Under the pieces are notes generated by a model. The model was not told the origin of the DNA. It searched no databases and saw only the letters and a program-made list of their open reading frames with translations. The position numbers and the translations under genes are program-made. From Hyphomicrobiales bacterium (GTDB taxonomy: Bacteria > Pseudomonadota > Alphaproteobacteria > Rhizobiales > Methyloligellaceae), in the NCBI GenBank assembly GCA_050248375.1, contig JBFWSL010000001.1:1-42470 (forward strand): a stretch of DNA of 42,470 bases, given 5' to 3'. Below are positions 8,195 to 18,968 of this stretch, piece by piece; within the stretch, counting starts at the first letter, position 1; each line of letters opens with the position of its first letter.

Positions 8195-10024
8195 TCATTC
8201 GCCGTGAGCGGCGTAGTGGCGCGGGGCGCCGGGCGCATGCGATCCGGAGCGTACCGGCGCGATCTGGAACACCGGTTTCGACAACGGGCCCGAAATCACC
8301 AGGCGGGCGGGTCCCTTCGCTTCCGTGGCGCCCGCGGCGGGCGGTGAGGCCGGAGCGCCGTTCGCCACGGCGAGGCGATAGTCCACGTTCCATGTGGAGA
8401 GGTCGATGCTTCCATCGCCGCTGATTTCCATCCTGTCGGCCGTGACCAGCTTGACGGAGTCGCTGTAGGCGATGCCGGGGCGCAGCAGGATGGTCCCTTC
8501 CATGGAACTGATCGCCGTGGTGCGGCCCCTCAGCGGCTCCCAGCCACTCACTTCTCCATTCGGCGCCAGGGCCGCCAGCTTGGCCACGTCGATGTCCACT
8601 TCGCCTTCCGTGAGACGCAGCTTCACCTGGCCCTTGGCCTTGCGCACCAGGGCGGTCATATCGCGCCCCTGCGTGGTGACATCCACCTCGATGTCCGTCG
8701 CGCCACGTAGGGGGCTCGCGCCGGCGATGGCGGCCAGGCACCTTCTGGCGGACAGTCCGTTTATGTTCGCGGCGAGGCGGGCGCGGCCCTCCGGGACGCC
8801 GGCGTTGTATTCGAACCGGCCGTTGGCCCTGCCTTCGCACAGGTCGAGGATGGCGAAGTCTCCATCCAGTTGTCCCGACCTGAGCACCGCCGAGATCGCC
8901 GCCTGGCCGATCTCCAGCGCGGGCGACACCAGCGAGGCCGTGGAGATGCGCAGGTCGACGTCAACATGGTGCATCCAGGTGAAGCCGTCGGGGACGCCGG
9001 TTGAAAGCGTGTCGGGCTTCACGTCGTTGAATTGGAGGGCGGGCAGCGCGAGCTTCTGGAAGGCGAGCGTTCCTTCCACCTGTGGGCGCGAGGGCCCGAG
9101 CTTCAGCGACAGCGCGCCGATGGCGCGGTTGCCGTCTATGGAGAAGGAGCCCTCGTCGAATCCGATCAGTTCCCTGTCCCAGTCGAACTTTCCCGAGACG
9201 GAGAATTGCCACGCGTCGCCGCCCTCTGGCAGCAGCAGGCCCATCCAGCGCCCGAACTTCACGATGTCGGTGACGTTGAGATCTATCTGGCCGGCGAACT
9301 GCAGGCCCGAAGCCACGGCAGTGCGTCCATCCAGAGCCGCGGTGAGGGCGGGGGCTTCCAGCTTGAGCGTCATCGGGATCGCGGCCGTGCCCTTGTCGAT
9401 CTGTGGCGCCGAGCCGTTCAGCGCGAATGTCACCGGCTGTTCGCGCCATTGCAGCTTTCCCGACGCGCTGGCCGCACCGCTGCCCGCCGTCAGCCTGACA
9501 TCAGCATCGATCTTGTCGAGGACCTCGTTGCCGTAGCCTGTGAACTGCACCCGGCCGCCGCGGAGGATCAGCCACTCGACCGGGCTTTCCTTCATGGCCT
9601 GCAGGAGCCGGAACTCGTCCTTCTGCGGCTGGGCCAGCTCGGGAGCCGGGCCTTGCTGCCGTACCGTCACGCTGGCCCCTTCGAGCACCAGCTTCTCGAA
9701 CTCCGCATTCGGCCAGAGCAGGGACATGAGCCCGCCCTCGACCCGCAGCTTCTCGATCCTGATCTCGTCGACCAGCGGAATGTTGTCGGGCGCCGATACG
9801 GTCACCCGCTCGGCTTCAACCGCGACGGTTGGGAAATATGTGATGCTGACCGGCCCCTCGATGGCGAGCCGGCCGCCGCTCCAGATGGCCAGGCTGCGCG
9901 TCATGCTGGCGCGAAGAGTGTCCGCGTCGAGGGCGGGAGGACGGAGCACGATGAGCGCCAGCACCCAGACAAGAAGCATCGCCACGGCGAAACCCCCTAG
10001 TCTGATAAGCCGTGTACGTGCCAT
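8195..10024 (-). CDS. AsmA-family outer-membrane biogenesis protein
   Basis: Start set at ATG 10024 (MARTRLIRLGGFAVAMLLVWVLALIVL, an N-terminal anchor). A long beta-rich periplasmic body is typical of the AsmA/TamB-like family. Confidence 0.7.
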   Translation of the reverse strand: MARTRLIRLGGFAVAMLLVWVLALIVLRPPALDADTLRASMTRSLAIWSGGRLAIEGPVSITYFPTVAVEAERVTVSAPDNIPLVDEIRIEKLRVEGGLMSLLWPNAEFEKLVLEGASVTVRQQGPAPELAQPQKDEFRLLQAMKESPVEWLILRGGRVQFTGYGNEVLDKIDADVRLTAGSGAASASGKLQWREQPVTFALNGSAPQIDKGTAAIPMTLKLEAPALTAALDGRTAVASGLQFAGQIDLNVTDIVKFGRWMGLLLPEGGDAWQFSVSGKFDWDRELIGFDEGSFSIDGNRAIGALSLKLGPSRPQVEGTLAFQKLALPALQFNDVKPDTLSTGVPDGFTWMHHVDVDLRISTASLVSPALEIGQAAISAVLRSGQLDGDFAILDLCEGRANGRFEYNAGVPEGRARLAANINGLSARRCLAAIAGASPLRGATDIEVDVTTQGRDMTALVRKAKGQVKLRLTEGEVDIDVAKLAALAPNGEVSGWEPLRGRTTAISSMEGTILLRPGIAYSDSVKLVTADRMEISGDGSIDLSTWNVDYRLAVANGAPASPPAAGATEAKGPARLVISGPLSKPVFQIAPVRSGSHAPGAPRHYAAHGE

Positions 10025-10197
10025 ACCGCTTGACGCTCCGTGCCCCGGACGGTCGCCCCGCGCGCAGACCCCGGCGATGGCCTGTCCCGGCGCGGCGAGC
10101 AGCGGCAATTCAACTCGCGACCGGCCGCTGTAAATTTGTTTTAGACTGATCCACACGGGATTGCGAGCGTTTCACTTCCGGGATTCTTGAGGAAAAT

Positions 10198-12159
<1,962 letters not shown>

Positions 12160-12168
12160 CCGCCGGCC

Positions 12169-13938
12169 TTATGGCCGGGCGTGGCCCGATCGCGAATAGG
12201 AAAGCTCCGGCAGGGGTTCCTTGCGTATGCTCGCGGTGCCCGGCCGTCCCGACACGATGGTCTTGTGGATCAGGATCACGGGCGCGAGGCCTATGGCGAC
12301 GATGGTGAGCGCGGAGAGGGCGCTTTCCTCGAAGCGGTCGAGCGAGGCCAGCTCGTAGATATGCGTCGCCAGCGTATTGAAGTCGAACGGGCGCAATAGC
12401 AGCGTCGCTGGCAGTTCCTTCATGGAATCCACGAACACCAGGAGCGCAGCCGCGCCGAGCGCGGGCCGCAGGATCGGCAGGTGTACCCTCAGCAGCGTCT
12501 GCGTCACGCTCATTCCGAGCGTTCGCGAGGCCGCGTCCAGGCTGCGCGACACCTTCTTGAGCCCGGAGTCGATGGCGCCCAGCGAGACGGCGAGGAACCG
12601 CACCGTGTAGGCCATGACGATCGCCGCCGCCGTCCCGGAGAGCAGGAGGCCCGTGGAAATGCCGAAACGCTCGCGCATGAATGCATCCACCGCGTTGTCG
12701 AAGCCCGCGAGCGGCACGAGGATGCCCACCGCGAGCACGGTACCCGGCACCGCGTAGCCGGTGGCCGCGATGCCTGCCATCCCGTGCACCAGCTTCGAGC
12801 GGGTAATGCGGCAGGCATAGGCCAGCACCACCCCCAGCACCACGGCGATGAACGCCGCGGCCGCCGACAGCGTCAGGCTGTTCGCGGCGTTGCGCCAGAA
12901 GCCCTCCGCCAGGGCCGCGTCGAAATAGCGGACCGAGGCGGAAGCCAGAACGCCTGCCGGCATGACGAATCCGACGATCACCGGCACCAGGCAGGCGAGC
13001 AGCGCCAGAACCCCGCCGGTCCGGCCGAGGTCTTCCTCGGGCAGGTGGCGGTATTTCCCGGTGGTGTGGTGGAAATGGCGGCGTCCGCGCGCGGCGCGCT
13101 CCGCGAACAGCAGCGCGAAGACGAAGACCAGCATCACGCAGGCGATCTGCGCCGCGCCGGACAGGCTGCCACGGTTCAGCCACGTATCATAAACGCTTAC
13201 GGTAAGCGTCTTCACGCCCAGGAACTCCACCGCGCCGATGTCGTTGAGGCACTCCATCAGCGCCAGCGTGACGCCCGCCACGAGCGCGGGCCGGGCGAGC
13301 GGCAGCGCCACCTGCCGGAAGCAGCCCCAGCGGTTGCAGCCGAGCGTGCGGCTGACCTCCAGCACGCAGACCGACTGCTGCAGGAAGCTCGCCCGGGCGG
13401 TGAGATAGACGTAGGGGTACAGCACGAAGGACAGCAGCACGATGGCTCCCGCGAGCGTGCGGATGTCGGGAAACCAGTATTCCGCCGCGCTGCTCCATCC
13501 GAAAGCGGCCCTCAGCGCCGTCTGCGCCAGACCCGAATAGTCGAACAGTTCCATGTAGCAGAAGGCGATGATGTAGGTGGGCATGGCCAGCGGCAGCAGC
13601 AGCAGCCACTCCATCACCTGCCGTCCCGGAAACCGGTACATGGTCACCAGCCACGCCGTCGACGTGCCGATGACCAGCGTCAGGACGCCGACGCCCGTCA
13701 TCAGCAGGACGGTTGTCAGCGCGGAGGACGGCAGCACCGTGTTGACGAGATGTGTCCAGGTGTCCCCGCTGGAGCGCAGGGCGAAGAGCGCGATGGCGGC
13801 CAGTGGAAGGGCCACTGCAAGGCTGATCAGAACCGCGGCTGCGGACCACCCCAGGCTGCTGGAGCCGCGCAGCCGCGCGAAGCCGTGGGACAGCGCGGAG
13901 GACACTCCAACGGTATCGGTCATTGGATTGCTCGCCAC
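12169..13938 (-). CDS. fbpB: Fe(3+) ABC transporter permease, fused double-domain FbpB type
   Basis: 589 aa with two tandem permease halves of about 6 TM each, as in FbpB/SfuB/HitB. GTG start at 13938 lies 12 nt after the upstream stop. An alternative ATG is at 13923. Confidence 0.8.
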   Translation of the reverse strand: MASNPMTDTVGVSSALSHGFARLRGSSSLGWSAAAVLISLAVALPLAAIALFALRSSGDTWTHLVNTVLPSSALTTVLLMTGVGVLTLVIGTSTAWLVTMYRFPGRQVMEWLLLLPLAMPTYIIAFCYMELFDYSGLAQTALRAAFGWSSAAEYWFPDIRTLAGAIVLLSFVLYPYVYLTARASFLQQSVCVLEVSRTLGCNRWGCFRQVALPLARPALVAGVTLALMECLNDIGAVEFLGVKTLTVSVYDTWLNRGSLSGAAQIACVMLVFVFALLFAERAARGRRHFHHTTGKYRHLPEEDLGRTGGVLALLACLVPVIVGFVMPAGVLASASVRYFDAALAEGFWRNAANSLTLSAAAAFIAVVLGVVLAYACRITRSKLVHGMAGIAATGYAVPGTVLAVGILVPLAGFDNAVDAFMRERFGISTGLLLSGTAAAIVMAYTVRFLAVSLGAIDSGLKKVSRSLDAASRTLGMSVTQTLLRVHLPILRPALGAAALLVFVDSMKELPATLLLRPFDFNTLATHIYELASLDRFEESALSALTIVAIGLAPVILIHKTIVSGRPGTASIRKEPLPELSYSRSGHARP

Positions 13939-13950
13939 GCTGCCGGTTTC

Positions 13951-14826
13951 TCAGTGAACGCCGCCTGCGCCCAGCGCCACGCGCGAGGACGCCGCGAGCA
14001 CGTCGGAAGATTTCGCCGCGAGCGTCCCGGGCCTTTTCGCGGAAGGATAGGCCTTGGCCAGTTGGTCAAGCGCGGCGTTGATGTCCTTGGCGAGATCAGG
14101 GTTCTTCGAGCTGATGGACTCGAGCTGCTTTTTCGCGCGCGTGCTGGCCGCCTGGTAGAAGCCGTATCCGTCCAGATAGGCCTCGCCCTCGGTTTCCTTC
14201 TCCGCCTGGACGTAGAGCGCGGCTGCCCGGTCGATCAGGTCGGCGAGGATGAGCGCGTTCGTCCTGGCGTCCTTCGGACCCGGCGCCGGCGCCTTCTCCG
14301 CCGCTGCGTCGATGGCCGCGAGCACCTGATCCACGGTCGCGTTCACGGCTTTCGCGTCCGTGCCGCCGCCGAGTTCGCCGGCTTTCGACATCAGTTCGTC
14401 GAAAGGCTGCACGCCGCGCTGCTTGAACACGTCCTCAAGGTCCACATAGACCTCTCCGATCGGGTGCACGAACATTTCCGCGGCTGCGTCCCTGTCGCCG
14501 GCGGCATATGCCGCCTTGCCCGCCAGATAATGCGCGCGGATGACTTCGAGTGCCGTGATGAAGGCGACAGGATCCTTTGCGGCGCGTGCCGGATCGACAC
14601 CGCGTTCGCCGCTTTCGCCGCCGCCTCCGGCTTCGCCGGCTTCCCCGGCCTCGCCTTTCTCGCCAGCGGCCATCTTCCAGTGCTGCGGCGCGGCGGCCTG
14701 GCCCTGTTGCGTCGTGCGCGCACTCGCGTCGGGGGACGGATTTGCAGCCTCTACACCATGCGCGGGGGGCAGCAGTGCCACCGCGCCCACGGTTGTCCAG
14801 AGCCAGCGACGTTTCCGTTGCGTCAT
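13951..14826 (-). CDS. Exported helical hypothetical protein with an acidic Gly-rich tract
   Basis: Start set at ATG 14826 (MTQRKRRWLWTTVGAVALLPPAHG), preceded by AGGAGAGG SD. GEKGEAGEAGEAGGGGESGERG tract at 14599-14664. The rest is Ala/Asp/Lys-rich and predicted helical. It is only 12 nt from fbpB. Confidence 0.65.
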   Translation of the reverse strand: MTQRKRRWLWTTVGAVALLPPAHGVEAANPSPDASARTTQQGQAAAPQHWKMAAGEKGEAGEAGEAGGGGESGERGVDPARAAKDPVAFITALEVIRAHYLAGKAAYAAGDRDAAAEMFVHPIGEVYVDLEDVFKQRGVQPFDELMSKAGELGGGTDAKAVNATVDQVLAAIDAAAEKAPAPGPKDARTNALILADLIDRAAALYVQAEKETEGEAYLDGYGFYQAASTRAKKQLESISSKNPDLAKDINAALDQLAKAYPSAKRPGTLAAKSSDVLAASSRVALGAGGVH

Positions 14827-14852
14827 GACAGTACCTCTCCTAGTTTCCATTC

Positions 14853-15521
14853 ATGTTTCTGTGTATTCCCGACGTGCTCGACGAGCCGGCCCTCAAGAGT
14901 TTGCGCGATGCCATCGCCAACCTCGAATTCGAGGACGGGAAGGCTACCGCCGGCTGGCACGCCCGCGACGTCAAGAACAACCGTCAGGCCGTACCCACCG
15001 CCGCCCTGCGCCATGTCCAGCGCATTGTTGTCGATGCGCTTGAGAACAACGACGTGTTCCGCGCCGCGGTGCAGCCTCGCCAGTTCGCTCCGCCGCTGAT
15101 CAGCCGCTATGCCGGTGGCGAGGCCTACGGCACCCACGTGGATGATGCCCTGATGGGCCAGTCCCCGCGTCTGCGCAGCGACCTGAGCGTGACCGTGTTT
15201 CTCGCGCCGCTTGCCGACTACGATGGCGGCGAATTGATCGCGGAAACCCTTGCCGGCGAGGACGCGGTGCGGCTGGAGGCGGGTAGCGCGGTCGTGTACC
15301 CATCCAGCATGTTGCACCGGGTCGCGCCGGTGACGCGCGGCGAGCGCCTCGTGGCCGTGACCTGGGTGCAGAGCCACGTCCGCGATCCCGCCGCGCGCGA
15401 AGTGCTGTTCGACCTCGAGCAGATCAGGCGCGAGGTCTTCGCGGCACAGGGCAAGGGCAGGGCCTTCGACCTGGTGTGCAAGACCTACGCAAATCTGCTT
15501 CGCCGCTGGGCCGATATCTGA
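14853..15521 (+). CDS. piuC: Fe(II)/2-oxoglutarate-dependent oxygenase, PiuC/YbiX (PKHD-type hydroxylase) family
   Basis: N-terminus MFLCIPDVLDEP...DGKATAGWHARDVKNNRQ parallels E. coli YbiX. H-x-D (GTHVDD) and a distal His (MLHRV) fit the 2-His-1-carboxylate facial triad. Confidence 0.85.
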   Translation: MFLCIPDVLDEPALKSLRDAIANLEFEDGKATAGWHARDVKNNRQAVPTAALRHVQRIVVDALENNDVFRAAVQPRQFAPPLISRYAGGEAYGTHVDDALMGQSPRLRSDLSVTVFLAPLADYDGGELIAETLAGEDAVRLEAGSAVVYPSSMLHRVAPVTRGERLVAVTWVQSHVRDPAAREVLFDLEQIRREVFAAQGKGRAFDLVCKTYANLLRRWADI

Positions 15522-15556
15522 CCCGTGGACGGCGTCGAGGCCGGTCATCACGTCTC

Positions 15557-16099
15557 CTAGTGGGCGTGCGCTACGCTCGCGCCCACGGGTGCGTCCACCA
15601 GCATCGTCACGTCGCAGATGGAGGTCTGCAACAGCTCCTGTCCGGCGATGCGCAGCGCATCGGCGAAGGCTGACGCCGAATCCACCACTTCTTCGATGTT
15701 GCTGCAGCCGAGCAGCGCGAATGCGCAGGCGCGTTGCGCCGGGCATGCCGAATGCTGGCAGGCGGCAATCATCGAGATGGCGATGGATTCGTCACGGCAG
15801 AAGCCCGAACAGCCGAAGGGCATGTAGCTGAGCTTCCTGCAGGAGGCGCTCCTGAGGGTGCGTACCCAGCAGGCGAGTTCGGTGATCGCGGGTTTCGCCT
15901 GGGCCGGGCCCAGTGCGGTGACATAGGCGTTCCAGCCGGTTTCCCAGCAGGCGATGTCGCTGGTCTCGAAGCCCGCCATCCAGCAGCGGAATCCCAGTCC
16001 GACGAGATGCTCGGCCTGGCCCGGAGCGTTGAACTCCAGCGGCCGGAAGGGGGCAACGCCGCCGCGCTCCCCCTGGGTTGTCTTGCGCAAGGTCATCAT
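15557..16099 (-). CDS. Cys-rich cytoplasmic hypothetical protein (180 aa)
   Basis: The C-terminal 180 codons of the 15557..16762 ORF begin at ATGATG (16094-16099), preceded by AGGAG. Eleven Cys, including GCSGFC and CQHSACPAQRAC. No signal peptide. It lies 74 nt downstream of fbpA on the same strand. Confidence 0.6.
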   Translation of the reverse strand: MMTLRKTTQGERGGVAPFRPLEFNAPGQAEHLVGLGFRCWMAGFETSDIACWETGWNAYVTALGPAQAKPAITELACWVRTLRSASCRKLSYMPFGCSGFCRDESIAISMIAACQHSACPAQRACAFALLGCSNIEEVVDSASAFADALRIAGQELLQTSICDVTMLVDAPVGASVAHAH

Positions 16100-16173
16100 C
16101 AATCTCCTGTGTGACGGCCATGCCGGACCGCTGTCGCGATCCGGCCGGCCGGCATTTGTCTCTTGTGATGGCC

Positions 16174-17223
16174 TTACGTGCTCGGACCGGCGTCGAAGCC
16201 GACCTTGTCGACCAGCTCGCTCGCCTTCTTGCGCAGCTCGCCAATCTTCGCGATCGACACGTCGTCGGCCTTGAACTTGCCCCACGAGGCCGCGATCGGG
16301 CCGGACTGCACGCCCTCCTTCACGGGAAACTCGTTGTTGGCCTGGGCGTAGAGCGCCTGGCCTTCGGCCGACGCCAGGAACTCCATCAGCTTGATGGCAT
16401 TTTCCTTGTTCGGCGCCGTCTTGATCAGCGACATGCCGGAGATGTTCATATGCGCGCCCCGGTCGCCCTGGTTCGGGAAGATGAGCTTGACCGACTCGGC
16501 CCACTTCTTCTGTTCGGGCTCCTTCTCGTTCGTCATCATCAGCGCCATGTAGTAGGTGTTGGTGATGGCGAGGTCGCATTCGCCCGTATAGACGCCCTTG
16601 GCCTGGACGCGATCGTTGCCGGCGGGCTTGCGGGCGAGATTCTCCTTCACGCCCTTGAGCCATTCCTCGGTCTTGGCTTCGCCGTGGTGCGCGATCATCG
16701 AGGCGATCAGCGCCACGTTGTAGTCGTTCTGGCCGGAGCGGATGCAGATCTTGCCCTTCCACTTGGGATCGGCGAGTTCCTCATAGCTGATGCTGTCCTG
16801 CTTCACGCGCTCCTTGGAGGCGAGGACGACGCGGCTGCGGGTGGTCAGGCCGATCCAGTGGCCATCCGGGTCGCGATACTGCGCCGGCACGTTCTCCTCG
16901 ATGAACTTGTCGTGGAACGGGGCTGTGATGCCCTTGTTCTTCGCGGCGCTCAGGCGGCCGATATCGACAGTGAAGAGCAGGTCGGCGGGGCTGTTCGCGC
17001 CCTCGGCGGCGATCTTCTCCTCCAGGCCCTTGCTCGCGTGCAGGACCTTCACTTCGATGCCGGTCTTCTTCGTAAAGGCATCGAGCATCGGCTGGATGAG
17101 CTGCGGCTGGCGGTAGGAATAGACATTGACCGACCCGGCCGCCACGGCCGGAGCGGAGGAAACTGCGAGAAGTCCAAGAAGGAAGGCAACGCGGCGGACG
17201 CCGCGGGGAATGCGGTAAGACAT
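16174..17223 (-). CDS. fbpA: Fe(3+) ABC transporter periplasmic binding protein
   Basis: Start set at ATG 17223 with GGAGGAAAAC SD. Signal peptide ends VAAGS. VNVYSYRQ and the tandem tyrosines in ITNTYYMA are characteristic of the FbpA/SfuA/HitA ferric-binding family. Confidence 0.88.
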   Translation of the reverse strand: MSYRIPRGVRRVAFLLGLLAVSSAPAVAAGSVNVYSYRQPQLIQPMLDAFTKKTGIEVKVLHASKGLEEKIAAEGANSPADLLFTVDIGRLSAAKNKGITAPFHDKFIEENVPAQYRDPDGHWIGLTTRSRVVLASKERVKQDSISYEELADPKWKGKICIRSGQNDYNVALIASMIAHHGEAKTEEWLKGVKENLARKPAGNDRVQAKGVYTGECDLAITNTYYMALMMTNEKEPEQKKWAESVKLIFPNQGDRGAHMNISGMSLIKTAPNKENAIKLMEFLASAEGQALYAQANNEFPVKEGVQSGPIAASWGKFKADDVSIAKIGELRKKASELVDKVGFDAGPST

Positions 17224-17375
17224 GTTTTCCTCCAATAAGCGGGGTTCAAGGCCCCGGTATCGGGTTGTACCGAAATGCGTCGCCCCGGAGCCGTTGAACG
17301 GGCCTTGGGCGTATCCGCAAGGTAAGGTCCTCTATTCACGACTGTCAACGTCATGAATCAGTGTATCTTTTTTAA

Positions 17376-17390
17376 TTAGAACAATTCCAA
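17376..17390. promoter_or_regulatory. Irr-type iron control element-like dyad TTAGAA-N3-TTCCAA
   Basis: Read directly in the AT-rich divergent region between fbpA (start 17223) and the hydrolase gene (start 17568). Compare the ICE consensus TTTAGAA-N3-TTCTAAA. Confidence 0.4.
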
Positions 17391-17567
17391 TCTGAACATC
17401 CGCCCTGACGCAAAGAAAAGATCTGGAAATACTGCAAATATACTGATGACGGCCATGCACATTCCCAGTAGGCGCCAGTGACTTGAACAGGCGTGCGTGA
17501 TGACGCATGAACTGTGCGGATCACTTATCGAAACCGCCTCCCTGCGCGGCACAAGGACGCACAAAAA

Positions 17568-18968
17568 ATGAAGACAATCCGGGACTGGCGCGGGATTGCG
17601 GCGCTGGCGGCCGGCGGCCTGGTGCTCGCCGCCGTGATCGCTGTCGCGGTGGTTGGCGTCCATGTGCTCGGCATCGCCACGGCCTTCTATGCCAAGACGT
17701 TGTGTTCCGGTATCTTCGTCTCGGAACGTCCCGAGGCCTCCATCATCGCCGGTGACATCCTTCCGAAGCTGAAACGGCTGCCTGACCGATTCTCTTACCG
17801 GATCGACCCGGAGGGCTCGACGGTCAGCGTGGCCTATCTCGGCCTGGCCCGCCGCGAGGCTGTGTTCCGGCCCGGATTGGGCTGCACGCTGCTGATCGGT
17901 GCCAGCCGCGGCGACCTGCTGGCGCGGCGGCCGGGTCTGCCGCCGGTTCCGGCCTCGGACGCTCTGCCGGTCTCGCCGCTGGCGGGAGAGGCAGGCGCCC
18001 GCATGGAAGCCGTTCTCGACAGGGCCTTCGCCGAACCCGAAGGACGAGGAGCCCGCCGCACCCGCGCCGTCGTCATCCTTCACGCCGGGCAGGTTGTCGC
18101 CGAACGCTACGCGGAAGGCATCTCGGCGGACACGCCGCTGGCCGGCTGGTCCATGAGCAAGACCGTGACCGGCGCGCTCATTGGCGTTCTCGTCAGCGAA
18201 GGAAAGCTGTCGCTGGAGTCTTCGGCGCTGTTCCCGGAGTGGAAATCGCCAGGCGATTCCCGCGCCACCGTCACCGTGGCCCAATTGCTCCGGATGACCT
18301 CGGGCCTCGATTTCGGAAGCAATGAAGGCGCGCTTGTCTCCCCGGTACAGGAAATGCTGTTCGGCACCGGAGACGCCGCCTCGATTCCTCTGGCGGCGCC
18401 GCTCGCCGGCGCGCCCGGTACGGCGTGGCGCTACGGCAGCGGCTCGACACTGCTTCTGTGCCGCCTGATCCGCCAGACCCTGGGCGGCGATGCGGCCCTG
18501 GCCTTCGCCCGCGAAGCAGTGTTCGCTCCGCTGGGCATGGCGAGCGCCGTGCTGGAGCCCGACGCCTCGGGCACGCCTTTAGGCGCCGCCTTCCTCTATG
18601 CCGCTGCCCGCGACTGGGCGCGCTTCGGGCAGTTCCTGCTCCAGGACGGCGTGTGGAAAGGGCGGCGTATCCTGCCGGAGAACTGGGTCGCGTTTGCCAC
18701 GCAGGCCACCGCTCGGTCCGGCGAAGCCTATGGCGCCCATCTGTGGCGCCGTACCCCGGCCTTCCTGCGGCCGGAGGGCGCGCGCGACTTTGACTTGCCG
18801 GGAGACCGCTCGCTCATGCTCGGCGTGGATGGCCAGATGGTCGCCATCGTGCCGTCGCGTGAACTCGTCGTGGTGAGGCTCGGCATGAGCACGGGCCGTG
18901 CGGCTTTCGACCCGGATGAATTTCTCGCCGGCGTGCTGGCGGCGCTCTCAGGGGAGCGCGTCAACTAG
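17568..18968 (+). CDS. Membrane-anchored serine hydrolase, beta-lactamase/PBP-related family
   Basis: Start set at ATG 17568 (MKTIRDWRGIAALAAGGLVLAAVIAVAVV, a TM anchor). S-x-x-K motif SMSKT. Confidence 0.75.
   Translation: MKTIRDWRGIAALAAGGLVLAAVIAVAVVGVHVLGIATAFYAKTLCSGIFVSERPEASIIAGDILPKLKRLPDRFSYRIDPEGSTVSVAYLGLARREAVFRPGLGCTLLIGASRGDLLARRPGLPPVPASDALPVSPLAGEAGARMEAVLDRAFAEPEGRGARRTRAVVILHAGQVVAERYAEGISADTPLAGWSMSKTVTGALIGVLVSEGKLSLESSALFPEWKSPGDSRATVTVAQLLRMTSGLDFGSNEGALVSPVQEMLFGTGDAASIPLAAPLAGAPGTAWRYGSGSTLLLCRLIRQTLGGDAALAFAREAVFAPLGMASAVLEPDASGTPLGAAFLYAAARDWARFGQFLLQDGVWKGRRILPENWVAFATQATARSGEAYGAHLWRRTPAFLRPEGARDFDLPGDRSLMLGVDGQMVAIVPSRELVVVRLGMSTGRAAFDPDEFLAGVLAALSGERVN

Noticed and set aside
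14922-14933. Perfect palindrome CTCGAATTCGAG inside piuC, near where the divergent gene's promoter must lie
   Set aside because: It encodes L-E-F-E of a conserved N-terminal region and resembles neither ICE nor Fur boxes. It is most simply a coding coincidence.
12481-15099. 872-aa ORF on the plus strand, the longest non-annotated ORF in the track
   Set aside because: It runs antisense to fbpB and to the exported-protein gene. It is extremely Arg/Gly/His/Pro-rich with no motifs. This is a typical shadow ORF of high-GC DNA where stop codons are rare.
15557-16762. Full 401-aa ORF reading through from inside fbpA
   Set aside because: The N-terminal ~220 codons overlap fbpA in another frame and look like shadow sequence. 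A clean ATGATG with AGGAG SD at 16094-16099 starts the Cys-rich portion. The same logic was applied to 32461..33966 (narJ), 27186..28787 (ATPase 2), 29718..31139 (nnrS), 8195..10156, 6870..8165, 18961..20430, 1753..2958 and 20395..20925 / 20983..21609 (phasins).
16078-17238. 386-aa plus-strand ORF
   Set aside because: It runs antisense to fbpA, which has the diagnostic ferric-binding motifs and a strong SD.
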